In this document: positions 38,701 to 46,505 of the stretch, one piece after another
Numbering within the stretch: the stretch's first letter is position 1
How the letters are laid out: each line of letters begins with the position of its first letter
Assembly: GCA_902523635.1 (NCBI GenBank)
Contig: CABZAE010000006.1
Location: 5,623 to 69,622, forward strand
Direction of reading: 5' to 3'
DNA: 64,000 nucleotides
From: an uncultured Bacteroidota bacterium
Lineage (GTDB): Bacteria > Bacteroidota > Bacteroidia > Flavobacteriales > Flavobacteriaceae
Program-made: the position numbers and the translations under genes
Notes under the pieces: model-generated
Databases searched by the model: none
What the model saw: only the letters and a program-made list of their open reading frames with translations
What the model was told of the DNA's origin: nothing

Positions 38701-38953
38701 AAAGTTTGATGGTGTAAAAAAAGAGTTTAAAAGTGGTGATGTAATGGTGATGATTTCGGATGGACTTCCAGAACTTCCAAACCCTGTAAACGACTTATTA
38801 GATTACGAAAAGGTTCAAAAATGTATTAAAGATAATGCTGAGAAAAGTGCAGATGAAATAAAAGATGCACTAGTCAATCTTTCAGATGAATGGGCAAGTG
38901 GTGTGATGAACCCAGATGATATAACTATTATTGTAATAAAAAAAGCTGCTTAA
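35702..38953 (+). CDS. sensor PP2C (SpoIIE-family) phosphatase: Reg_prop beta-propeller plus Y_Y_Y ectodomain, TM, coiled coil, PP2C
   Basis: 1083 aa. Signal peptide. Propeller-type repeats (NGFIWLGSQSGIDRFDG, NLWISGRNGVIYK, NIWISSATDGLLKFD, FLWMSSNQGILKYD). Y_Y_Y block YRYKMEGYDSNWIEAG..YTNLPIGTYTFRV. TM. PP2C motifs as in the paralog. Confidence 0.9.
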   Translation: MESIAKINYLFFSLSLLIVTQLSSQDFKDNSEYEFEKYAVEEGTAMNASQVVFEDSNGFIWLGSQSGIDRFDGYEFINYANISSDSLSTNLTWVNTISEDRFGNIWAADQFGNVSNYKRLEDKWYNYYPEYKDLITNIPEGTNLNFSYQPSSIVVSKDGRYSFVGVFRFGLIRIDSETGTQKYYQDDFKFSEWYDINSADKMINEMEWLDDTRILIATGDGLRVFDIEKETYTDEFLRTQNKDQGNFPEDRVWIRNFEIIDENNLWISGRNGVIYKVNLKENSLENYSEKTDLSNSEASQILLDKKNNQLWVNIQNIGIDILDIETNQVNNLRNYNSPLIGKEFNNIIKDKQQNIWISSATDGLLKFDPNKKKFKAYSKDEPSEFKLDFSIAWGAHIDRKGVVWVGTRDPGGGIVGLDFKNNRRYSSGKINNNSAGGYNITEDNVGNIWAIRGSDGIWLKKNDEEQFKFLGSYTNQLRNDKSYLDNLVQGHLTYDKNLIIPSERTVWLADKNGNPVYEEYTRLTNGIKNRIRAFHRKDSISTYVVADKSIWLWDEKGNKFKDLTPDLDIPIFETLAQSPVAVLKNKMYIPTYGSGIIVVDFETQDLSYITTNEGLPNMYLYNMFLDKDNFLWMSSNQGILKYDPEKLEFKQYTPVDGTQEYEYNAGSAWQSDDGYIVMGGLNGINYFNPSTLNENRLPPKVLIKNINIGGINKKFESVSNNEYVDIEFKNNSISFEYLALSFRNTAQNQYRYKMEGYDSNWIEAGTRRFASYTNLPIGTYTFRVIGSNNDGVWNEIGASYKLNILPPWYRTYFAYGGYVLLLIFGFRSFGKYQAKKSIVQANNKRRNKELQEAKELQTSLLPKVNPTIPGYKISTYLKSATEVGGDYYDFFYKKGEYFYAICGDATGHGVISGMMVSVTKAGLHGIPMAEPSKILGQLNQIVKKVNFGRLRMSLSVAKFNPNNVELSSAAMPPTYFFSSKSKKVEEVLVPNLPLGGIETEKFDGVKKEFKSGDVMVMISDGLPELPNPVNDLLDYEKVQKCIKDNAEKSADEIKDALVNLSDEWASGVMNPDDITIIVIKKAA
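38246..38953 (+). repeat. 708-nt near-identical paralogous segment, copy B (PP2C effector half)
   Basis: See copy A. Long stretches of nucleotide identity, e.g. ggtgaatacttctatgc.atatgtggagatgctaccggtcatggtgtgatttc. Confidence 0.85.
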
Positions 38954-40887
38954 TTGGTATCGAAAATCCAATTACTAATCTCATTTGATTTTCCTTTCAC
39001 TCTGATTGGTTCTTGAGCCTCGAAACTGCTCTTATTGGAAATCTGATTAAAAACACTTTCAGAAATAACAACCTGACCAGATTTTGCATGAGAACATAAT
39101 CTCGCAGCAAGGTTAACCGCATCACCAATTACTGTATAATTCATTTGTTTTTCTGAACCAATATTTCCTGAAACAACTTTACCATAGTTGATACCTATTC
39201 CAATTTTGAGTTCAGGAAGATTTTCTTTACTCATTTTTTTATTAAACTTTTTGAGAGATTTGAACATTTCAATTGCTGTATTGACAGCGTTCTGAGAATC
39301 ATTTTCGCTTTTAATGGGAACTCCATACAATACCATTAACTCATCTCCAATTATTTTATCTAGAGTTCCATTGTGTGAAAAAACTACATCTATCATAGCC
39401 TCAAAATAATTATTTAATAAATAAACTACCTCTGATGGTTTCATTTTTTCGGATAAGCTGGTAAATCCTCTTATGTCACAAAATAAAACACAGACCTCAT
39501 TTTGTGCACCTCCAAGTTCAAGTGAATTTTCATTTTGGAGAAGTTCATCTACAATATTTTCGGAGACATACTTTTTAAATGTGGATTTAATTTTATTTAT
39601 GCCCGAAAGGTCCTCAAATGAAAAAACCAAACCAGATCTTTCATTTTGTTCGCTGTAAACAGCCGATAGAGTCAAGTTAATTTCTCGGCTTAATCCACTT
39701 GAATCAATTATATTAAAATTGTCCTCATAGATTGTTTCATCTTGAGTTTCAGACTTTTCCAATAACTCAATTAGTTTGGGATTGTTTTGAAAAACCATGA
39801 AATAGTGATTATTTATAACACCCTCATCATCAAGAGAAAATATTTTTTTGGCTGATTCATTAACAAATTCGATTTCTCCTAATATGTTTATCATTATAAT
39901 CCCGGTTGTAATGGATGACATTATGTTATCAACAAGTTTATTTGAACTCTTCAATGAATCTATTAAGCGAATGTTATCATAAGCATGACTAACTTTTTTA
40001 CTTAAGCTATCAAACAATCTTAAATCTTGTTGCGTAAATCTAACTAATCCACTTCTACTCTCTTTATCGAAAAGTAATATGGCTCCTTCAAGTGAATTTT
40101 CTGTAATTATTGGACTAATTAAAGCATTTTTTCTCGATAGTTTTAATAGAGAGAATTCTTGAGGATTATCAATTACTTTTGATATTTTTTTATCATTTAA
40201 TTCTTTTAAAATTCCTCTTGTTATTCTTAATATTTTACTAGGTAATTCATCTTTTTGAATATTAAATTGTGAAACAACATTAAAAAAACCTGACTTTTCG
40301 TCTTTCAACAAAACCATTCCCTTGGATGAGTTCAAAATTGAAATTATCGTTATTAACAACCCCTCAAAAAGCTCTTCTTTCAATCCCTGTTGGTTGTCAA
40401 TTAAATCAGTTACATCAATTAGTGATTCAATTTCTAGTAATTTGTTTTTTAACTCGTTGTTAGAAATTGTAAGTTTATTTTCAATCTCCTTAACTTTAAT
40501 TAAATTTTCTAATTGAAATTTAAGACTCAATATTATGCTTTTGAGCTTTTGATTAAAATTAATTTTATCTGAGATGATTATAAATCCCAGGGGTTTATCA
40601 TAAACAGATATTGAAAATATTTTTATTGATTCTATGCAATCTACGTCAATAAAGGTATTTAATAACTTAAACTTTTCTGAAGATTTTAATAATTCTGTTA
40701 GAGTGTCTTGAGAAATAAGATTTAAAGGAAAATCCGATTTGAAATAATTAAATAATCCTAATGATTTTAAAAGTGATTTTTTTGAAAAAAAAACAATCTG
40801 TAAGGTCTCTAGGCCTTTGATTGAATTTACAAAATGAATCTTGTCCTTTGGATTTTTAGTTTCGTCAAGAACTAGAAGAGGCTCCAA
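38950..40887 (-). CDS. GAF-GAF-PAS class III adenylate cyclase
   Basis: 645 aa. Cyclase homology domain with metal Asp residues (VLFCDIRGFT, IIGDELM). Adenine-specifying Lys (DKIIGD) and Asp (VIGDAVNLAARL). Upstream PAS (ITTGIIMINILGEIEFVNESAKKIF) and GAF-like regions. Confidence 0.9.
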   Translation of the reverse strand: MEPLLVLDETKNPKDKIHFVNSIKGLETLQIVFFSKKSLLKSLGLFNYFKSDFPLNLISQDTLTELLKSSEKFKLLNTFIDVDCIESIKIFSISVYDKPLGFIIISDKINFNQKLKSIILSLKFQLENLIKVKEIENKLTISNNELKNKLLEIESLIDVTDLIDNQQGLKEELFEGLLITIISILNSSKGMVLLKDEKSGFFNVVSQFNIQKDELPSKILRITRGILKELNDKKISKVIDNPQEFSLLKLSRKNALISPIITENSLEGAILLFDKESRSGLVRFTQQDLRLFDSLSKKVSHAYDNIRLIDSLKSSNKLVDNIMSSITTGIIMINILGEIEFVNESAKKIFSLDDEGVINNHYFMVFQNNPKLIELLEKSETQDETIYEDNFNIIDSSGLSREINLTLSAVYSEQNERSGLVFSFEDLSGINKIKSTFKKYVSENIVDELLQNENSLELGGAQNEVCVLFCDIRGFTSLSEKMKPSEVVYLLNNYFEAMIDVVFSHNGTLDKIIGDELMVLYGVPIKSENDSQNAVNTAIEMFKSLKKFNKKMSKENLPELKIGIGINYGKVVSGNIGSEKQMNYTVIGDAVNLAARLCSHAKSGQVVISESVFNQISNKSSFEAQEPIRVKGKSNEISNWIFDTN

Positions 40888-40901
40888 TATGAAAAATCGT
40901 G

Positions 40902-41240
40902 TTACATGGCACTAACTGCTTCCTGTTGTGTAGCATAACTTTCACAGTACTTCGTAAGTCCCATTATTTTAAATGTTTTTTCAATAATAGGTGCCAGTCC
41001 ACAAAAAGCCAAAGCACCATCCTTTTCTTGAAGCTGTTCAATTAATTCGATTAGAATTGAGGCTCCAATACTGTTCACAATATTGGATCTTTCTAAATTG
41101 ATTAAAATTTTATTTTTTCCATTTGCTATATGTTCTTGAGCAGAATTCTGAATATCTTCTCCAAGATCTTTATTTAAATAACCTTCAGTTGTTATAACGA
41201 CAACTTCCCCAATTAATTCGACGTTCGTAACTTTATTCAT
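40902..41240 (-). CDS. STAS-domain anti-sigma-factor-antagonist-like protein (SpoIIAA/RsbV family)
   Basis: 112 aa. Candidate phospho-Ser in IVNSIGASILIE (equivalent to the DSSG context). 14 nt upstream of the cyclase gene. Confidence 0.85.
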   Translation of the reverse strand: MNKVTNVELIGEVVVITTEGYLNKDLGEDIQNSAQEHIANGKNKILINLERSNIVNSIGASILIELIEQLQEKDGALAFCGLAPIIEKTFKIMGLTKYCESYATQQEAVSAM

Positions 41241-41661
41241 TTGTAGCTTCCTTTTTTTTAATCATTGTTAGTGTTGTTCCTGTATGATCTGATTCGAAAT
41301 CAACTGAATCCATCAATTCTTTAATTAACATAATCCCCCAGCCTCTTTTTCTTTCATCGCTGTTAAGTTTGGACTCAATTTTTGGGATTTTGACATTGGA
41401 TTGATCAAAACCTTTTCCTTTATCAATAACCTTTATTGTCAACTGATTTTCTTCGATCAAAAAGTCAATATAAACTTCACTTTTAGATTCAGAATGTTCG
41501 AATGCATTGATACATGCTTCAATAAGAGCCATTGATATTTCACCTGTTTTCTCTTCAGAAAGATCCATATGCCTGGCTACTATTTCTGCTGTTTGTGTAG
41601 CAACAAGTTCCATATCCTTTAGAATGGGTAGTTTTAATTCTACACTTGGTTTTTTGCTCAT
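41233..41661 (-). CDS. RsbW/SpoIIAB-like serine protein kinase (HATPase_c, anti-sigma-type)
   Basis: 142 aa. N-box EACINAFEH, G1 DKGKGF, G2 GWGIMLIKEL. 8-nt overlap with the STAS gene. Confidence 0.85.
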   Translation of the reverse strand: MSKKPSVELKLPILKDMELVATQTAEIVARHMDLSEEKTGEISMALIEACINAFEHSESKSEVYIDFLIEENQLTIKVIDKGKGFDQSNVKIPKIESKLNSDERKRGWGIMLIKELMDSVDFESDHTGTTLTMIKKKEATNE

Positions 41662-41701
41662 AAGTATTTTTTTACAGATATATTTTAATTGTATATCTAT
41701 C

Positions 41702-41709
41702 CAAATTTA
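41702..41709 (-). promoter_or_regulatory. candidate -7 box (TAAATTTG) for the kinase-STAS-cyclase operon
   Basis: The reverse complement of caaattta matches TAnnTTTG perfectly, about 40 nt upstream of the ATG at 41661. No clean -33 TTG at the canonical spacing. Confidence 0.3.
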
Positions 41710-41793
41710 TGAAATATTATTTACATTTCTATAAATTAAGGTTATATGAATAAAGTTATTATTCGTAAAATTGTAATAAATTTTATATGATAA

Positions 41794-42942
41794 ATGAAAA
41801 ATAAACTTTTCAAACTTTTAAGTATTCTGTTCATATTTGCAACGAACCTCTCATGTGCGCAATTAGGTGAAACATTCATAAGGGAGGATAAGGATATCGT
41901 ATCTCCCAATGAAATAAATTATGATTTAGAATTAGTTCATGAAAATGATGAAATTATATGGGCTATAGAGTTTTTTGAAGACAACTCCATCTTGGCTACT
42001 GTCAAATCCGGAAAATTAATTCATTATAAAAATAACGGAGATGAAGTTTTAATTAAAGGATTACCCAAAATATATCTCCGTGGACAAGGAGGACTGATGG
42101 ATATTGAATTTCACCCAAATTTTGAAAAAAACAAGCTTTTGTATCTCACTTATGCATATGAAAAAGAGGAAGGTAAAGGTGGAAGCACAAATGTCGCTCG
42201 TGCTAAGCTTGAGAATGATTCGTTGATAGATTTCGAGGTGTTGTATGAAGCTACTGAGGTTTCAAGGAAAGGACAACATTTTGGTGGAAGATTAGAATTT
42301 GATAATGATGGTTTTTTATATTTTTCGATAGGAGACAGAGGAAATAGAGATGTAAATCCTCAAAATTTAGAATTGGATGGGGGTAAAATTTACAGAATAA
42401 ATGATGATGGTTCAATTCCAAAAGACAACCCTTTCTACAATCTACCTAATGCAAAAAAAGCAATCTTTTCCTATGGACACAGAAATCCACAAGGAATGTT
42501 CAAACATCCTACAAGCGGAAAAATATGGACTAATGAACATGGCCCAAAAGGTGGAGATGAGATTAATATAATTAACAAAGGACTAAACTACGGCTGGCCA
42601 AAAATTACCTACGGAATTAATTACAGTGGAACAACTATTACAAAAAATAAATCTCTTCCCAATATGGAACAGCCATTATATTATTGGATTCCCTCAATAG
42701 CTCCAAGTTGTTTCGAATTCATTAATTCTGACAGGTATGGTGATTGGCAAGGTAGCCTTCTAGCTGGAGCTTTAAAATTCAAATATTTAGAAAGAATTGT
42801 TTTGGATAATAATAAGGTTGTTTATCGAGAAAGAATTGCAGAGGATTTGGGTAGACCAAGGGATGTAAAAGAATCCAAAGATGGATATATACATGTGTCC
42901 ATTGAAAACAAAGGTATATACAAAATAGTTCCTAAGTCATGA
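41794..42942 (+). CDS. PQQ-dependent soluble sugar (aldose/sorbosone) dehydrogenase, exported
   Basis: 382 aa. Signal peptide. Blocks GGRLEFDNDGFLYFSIGDRG, GHRNPQG, HGPKGGDEIN, NYGWP. Confidence 0.9.
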   Translation: MKNKLFKLLSILFIFATNLSCAQLGETFIREDKDIVSPNEINYDLELVHENDEIIWAIEFFEDNSILATVKSGKLIHYKNNGDEVLIKGLPKIYLRGQGGLMDIEFHPNFEKNKLLYLTYAYEKEEGKGGSTNVARAKLENDSLIDFEVLYEATEVSRKGQHFGGRLEFDNDGFLYFSIGDRGNRDVNPQNLELDGGKIYRINDDGSIPKDNPFYNLPNAKKAIFSYGHRNPQGMFKHPTSGKIWTNEHGPKGGDEINIINKGLNYGWPKITYGINYSGTTITKNKSLPNMEQPLYYWIPSIAPSCFEFINSDRYGDWQGSLLAGALKFKYLERIVLDNNKVVYRERIAEDLGRPRDVKESKDGYIHVSIENKGIYKIVPKS

Positions 42943-43328
42943 GGGTATTAATTTTGCTACTTTTTCCGCTCTTCGCATTTTCTCAAAAAGATTCTCTATC
43001 AATTTCAATAGAAAATGGAAGGATTTTGTATGATGATTTTTGTATAAGATGTCATTTACCTAATGGCAAAGGTCAAATAGGAATAATTCCTCCACTCGCG
43101 AAATCCGATTTTCTCTATAAACACATGGAAGAAAGCATCAAGGCATTAAAGTTTGGTGGAATTGATGGTGAGATCATAGTAAATGGAGTGAAGTATAATT
43201 CAAGAATGGAAAAAATGGGTCTCTATAACGACGAAATTGCAGATGTTATGAACTACATATTAAATAGTTGGGGTAACAAAAGTGATTTAATGATCACAGA
43301 AGAATACGTTGATAAATTAAAAAAATAA
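42939..43328 (+). CDS. c-type monoheme cytochrome
   Basis: 129 aa. Signal peptide. CIRCH (CxxCH) heme site with distal Met candidates. 4-nt overlap with the dehydrogenase gene. Confidence 0.8.
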   Translation: MRVLILLLFPLFAFSQKDSLSISIENGRILYDDFCIRCHLPNGKGQIGIIPPLAKSDFLYKHMEESIKALKFGGIDGEIIVNGVKYNSRMEKMGLYNDEIADVMNYILNSWGNKSDLMITEEYVDKLKK

Positions 43329-43925
43329 ATGTTTTTGATCGGCATATGTGGAGGATCAGGATCTGGAAAAACAACTTTAGCATTAAAACTAAAAAAGTAT
43401 TTCAAGTCGAGAAAAATTGGACATCTTGATTGTGACTCTTATTATATAGATAATAGCCATCTTCCGATGAAAGAAAGGTCTAAAATCAATTTTGATCATC
43501 CTAGACAAATTGATTTTAATTTGTTGTATAATGATTTAAAATCATTAAAAAACTCAAAGAAAATTTTCATACCCAAGTATTCATACAAATACCACAGAAG
43601 ACTTAGAACAAGAAAAACCATGTATCCTAAAGAAATTATTTTATTGGAGGGTATTCATATTTTACATAAAAAAAATATTTTAGATTTAATTGATTTATCT
43701 ATTTTTCTTGATTTAGATAAAAAAACCAGACTCGAAAGAAGAATTAAAAGAGACAAAAAAGAAAGAGGACGCTCAAAACATGATATAATTCATGCATTTA
43801 ATAATAAAAGCGAGCCAATGTTCAAAGAATTTATTGAACCAAAAAAATCAAAAACAAATCTAATTCTAAGTTCTAAAAATATTAAGCTTGAAAAAATTAT
43901 AACTTTAGTAAATAAACTTTATTAA
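43329..43925 (+). CDS. udk: uridine kinase
   Basis: 198 aa. P-loop GICGGSGSGKTT. FDHP and ILLEGI blocks. Confidence 0.85.
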   Translation: MFLIGICGGSGSGKTTLALKLKKYFKSRKIGHLDCDSYYIDNSHLPMKERSKINFDHPRQIDFNLLYNDLKSLKNSKKIFIPKYSYKYHRRLRTRKTMYPKEIILLEGIHILHKKNILDLIDLSIFLDLDKKTRLERRIKRDKKERGRSKHDIIHAFNNKSEPMFKEFIEPKKSKTNLILSSKNIKLEKIITLVNKLY

Positions 43926-44267
43926 TTGAAATTTTTAAAACGTATTTTGTCAAACCAATATTTAAAATTTATAAAAAACATATATGTAATTATCACATTG
44001 TTTTTTATTATTTGGATGTTATTCATTGATGTAAATTCTTATCTTTTTCACAGGGAATTAAACAGAGAAATTAAAGAATTAGAGATGAGGAAGAAGATTT
44101 TGGAGGAAGACATAAAAAAAGATATCAATCTACTTGAATATTTAAAAAATGATGAAAACTATGAAGCATTTGCGAGGGAGAATTTTTTCATGAGAAAAGA
44201 AAATGAAGATGTATACATAATAGAACTCCAGGACTCTATTGAAAAAGTAGTTGAAAAAAAGAAATAA
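43926..44267 (+). CDS. septum formation initiator (FtsB/DivIC-like) protein
   Basis: 113 aa. TTG start. Single N-terminal TM followed by a coiled coil (REIKELEMRKKILEEDIKK). Confidence 0.6.
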   Translation: MKFLKRILSNQYLKFIKNIYVIITLFFIIWMLFIDVNSYLFHRELNREIKELEMRKKILEEDIKKDINLLEYLKNDENYEAFARENFFMRKENEDVYIIELQDSIEKVVEKKK

Positions 44268-44314
44268 AATTTCCAAAATCAGATATTAAAAATTGTATTT
44301 TTAATTTTTAACGC

Positions 44315-45097
44315 ATGGGTAAGGTAATTGCAATTTCAAATCAAAAAGGAGGTGTTGGAAAAACTACGACTGCACTTAACCTTGCTGCATGTCTTGGTAT
44401 TTTGGAGAAGAAAGTTTTGTTAATAGACTTGGATCCTCAAGCTAACGCAAGTTCTGGAATTGGTGTTAACAACATTAATAAAAACAAAACATCATATCAA
44501 CTAATTGAACATACTGAAAAAGCTAAAAATGTTATTATCAAATCAGAAAGTCCTAATCTTGATGTAATTCCCTCAAGTATTGATCTAGTTGCTATTGAAA
44601 TTGAATTAGTTAACCATCCTAACAGAGAATTTATGTTAAAAAAGGCTATAGCTGAAGTCAAGGATATTTATGATTTCACAATCATTGATTGTGCTCCATC
44701 ACTTGGATTAATTACACTTAATGCATTAACAGCGGCTAATTCCTTAATTATTCCTATTCAATGTGAATATTTTGCACTCGAAGGCCTTGGAAAACTTTTA
44801 AATACAATTAAAAGTGTTCAAAAATTACATAATAAATCTTTAGAAATTGAAGGGCTTTTGTTGACTATGTATGATTCCAGATTAAGATTATCAAACCAGG
44901 TTGTAAATGAGGTCAAAAAACATTTTCAAATGATGGTTTTTAAGACTGTGATCCATAGAAACGTTAAACTAGGTGAAGCACCTAGTCATGGAAAGAACAT
45001 TGTTGATTACGATGCAACAAGCAAAGGGGCTAAGAATTACATTAAATTAGCACAAGAGCTGATAAATAAAAGTTTAGTGAATGGCAAAAGCTTATAA
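44315..45097 (+). CDS. parA: chromosome partitioning ATPase ParA/Soj
   Basis: 260 aa. Deviant Walker A NQKGGVGKTTT. DLDPQ and IIDCAPSLG blocks. Confidence 0.92.
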   Translation: MGKVIAISNQKGGVGKTTTALNLAACLGILEKKVLLIDLDPQANASSGIGVNNINKNKTSYQLIEHTEKAKNVIIKSESPNLDVIPSSIDLVAIEIELVNHPNREFMLKKAIAEVKDIYDFTIIDCAPSLGLITLNALTAANSLIIPIQCEYFALEGLGKLLNTIKSVQKLHNKSLEIEGLLLTMYDSRLRLSNQVVNEVKKHFQMMVFKTVIHRNVKLGEAPSHGKNIVDYDATSKGAKNYIKLAQELINKSLVNGKSL

Positions 45098-45980
45098 AAA
45101 ACAACCTCTTGGGCGGGGATTATCTGCGCTTCTTAGTGATCAGATTGAAGGTGTGGAGTCAGCTAATGATAAAGATGCTGATCAAATTATTGGAAATATA
45201 GTTGAAATTCCCTTAGATCAAATTAAAATTAATCCGTTTCAGCCTAGGACAAATTTTGAGAATGAAAAAATACTTGAATTGGCTAATTCAATTAGTGAAC
45301 TTGGAGTTATACAACCAATTACTGTTAGAAAAAAAGGAGCTAAATCATATGAAATAATTTCGGGAGAGCGAAGACTAAGAGCTCTTCAATTTTTAAAAAT
45401 AAAAGATATTCCAGCTTATGTTCGAATTGCAAACGATCAGCAATCTCTTGAGATGGCACTGGTAGAAAACATTCAGAGGGAAGATTTGGATCCAATTGAA
45501 ATTGCTTTGTGTTACCAAAGATTAATGGACGAAGTGATGCTTACACAAGACGAAATGAGTAGAAGAGTTGGAAAAAAAAGATCAACAATTGCTAATTACA
45601 CAAGATTACTAAAATTAGATCCTATTATACAATCAGGAATAAGAGACAAATTTATTTCAATGGGGCACGGAAGAGCGATACTGTCTGTTGAGAAAAGTGA
45701 AGATCAACTAAAACTATATAAAAAAATATTAAAAAACTCACTTTCCGTTAGAGACGTTGAGCTTTTAGCCAAAAAGCAAGGTAAAACCAATTTGGGTAAC
45801 ATAAAATCAGAAACAAAACTTTCTAAAAACTTAAATGATGAATTAATAAAGTTGAGAAAAGTTTTTAATTCGAAAGTTAATATTAGGTTAAAAGAAAAAG
45901 ATAATGGAACAATACTTTTTCCTTTTACTAATATTACAGAATTCAAAACTCTAATTAAAAAGCTCAATGCAAAAAAATAG
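45081..45980 (+). CDS. parB: chromosome partitioning protein ParB/Spo0J
   Basis: 299 aa. LGRGLSALL, NPFQPR, GERRLRA boxes. HTH region. Confidence 0.92.
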   Translation: MAKAYKKQPLGRGLSALLSDQIEGVESANDKDADQIIGNIVEIPLDQIKINPFQPRTNFENEKILELANSISELGVIQPITVRKKGAKSYEIISGERRLRALQFLKIKDIPAYVRIANDQQSLEMALVENIQREDLDPIEIALCYQRLMDEVMLTQDEMSRRVGKKRSTIANYTRLLKLDPIIQSGIRDKFISMGHGRAILSVEKSEDQLKLYKKILKNSLSVRDVELLAKKQGKTNLGNIKSETKLSKNLNDELIKLRKVFNSKVNIRLKEKDNGTILFPFTNITEFKTLIKKLNAKK

Positions 45981-46503
45981 GTTTATACTAATTATTTTTT
46001 TTCTCATTTCATTTGAAACCTTCGGACAAGAATCAACTTCAAGCTTTCAAGATTCAGACGTTACTGAGCCCTCAAAAGCAGCCTTTTATTCTGCAGTTTT
46101 GCCTGGTGCCGGTCAAGCATTTAATAAGAAATACTGGAAAATACCTATAGTTTATGCCGCGATCGGAACATCAATTTATTCGTATAATTTCAATCAAAAA
46201 AAATATTGGTCTTACAGAAACTCCTACAAATCAAGAAAAGCCGGCTACAGCAATGATGAATATCAAAATTTGATTTTGGACGATGAAAGATTACTTGATG
46301 GCGCAAAATTTCATAAAAAAAATAGGGATTTATCAATGGTCTTTATTGTTGGGTTTTACATCCTTAATATTTTGGATGCTAATATTGATTCACACTTAAA
46401 GCAATACAATGTAAATGAGAACTTAACAATCAAACCTTTCATTGAATCCAGTTCAGAAACCAAAATTAGTTCTGTTGGTTTTTCATTAAATTTAAACTTT
46501 TAA
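45967..46503 (+). CDS. DUF5683-family protein
   Basis: 178 aa. Signal peptide. AAFYSAVLPGAGQAFNKKYWKIPIVYAAIG block typical of DUF5683, located downstream of parB as in many Bacteroidota. Confidence 0.65.
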   Translation: MQKNRFILIIFFLISFETFGQESTSSFQDSDVTEPSKAAFYSAVLPGAGQAFNKKYWKIPIVYAAIGTSIYSYNFNQKKYWSYRNSYKSRKAGYSNDEYQNLILDDERLLDGAKFHKKNRDLSMVFIVGFYILNILDANIDSHLKQYNVNENLTIKPFIESSSETKISSVGFSLNLNF

Positions 46504-46505
46504 TT

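Noticed and set aside
30362-40887. Possible Pycsar-type antiphage system (PycTM-like membrane protein plus a class III cyclase within 8 kb).
   Set aside because: The cyclase has canonical adenine-specifying Lys/Asp residues and large GAF/PAS sensory domains, unlike compact pyrimidine cyclases. The membrane protein has no cNMP-binding domain. The two genes are in different operons separated by three large genes. No other defence genes or mobile-element hallmarks are nearby.
44268-46000. Looked for parS (TGTTNCACGTGAAACA-like palindrome) around parA/parB.
   Set aside because: I found no CACGTG-centred palindrome in or near the parAB genes by eye. The only GTTTCAC-like strings (about 49650) lie inside rnpB and are not palindromic.
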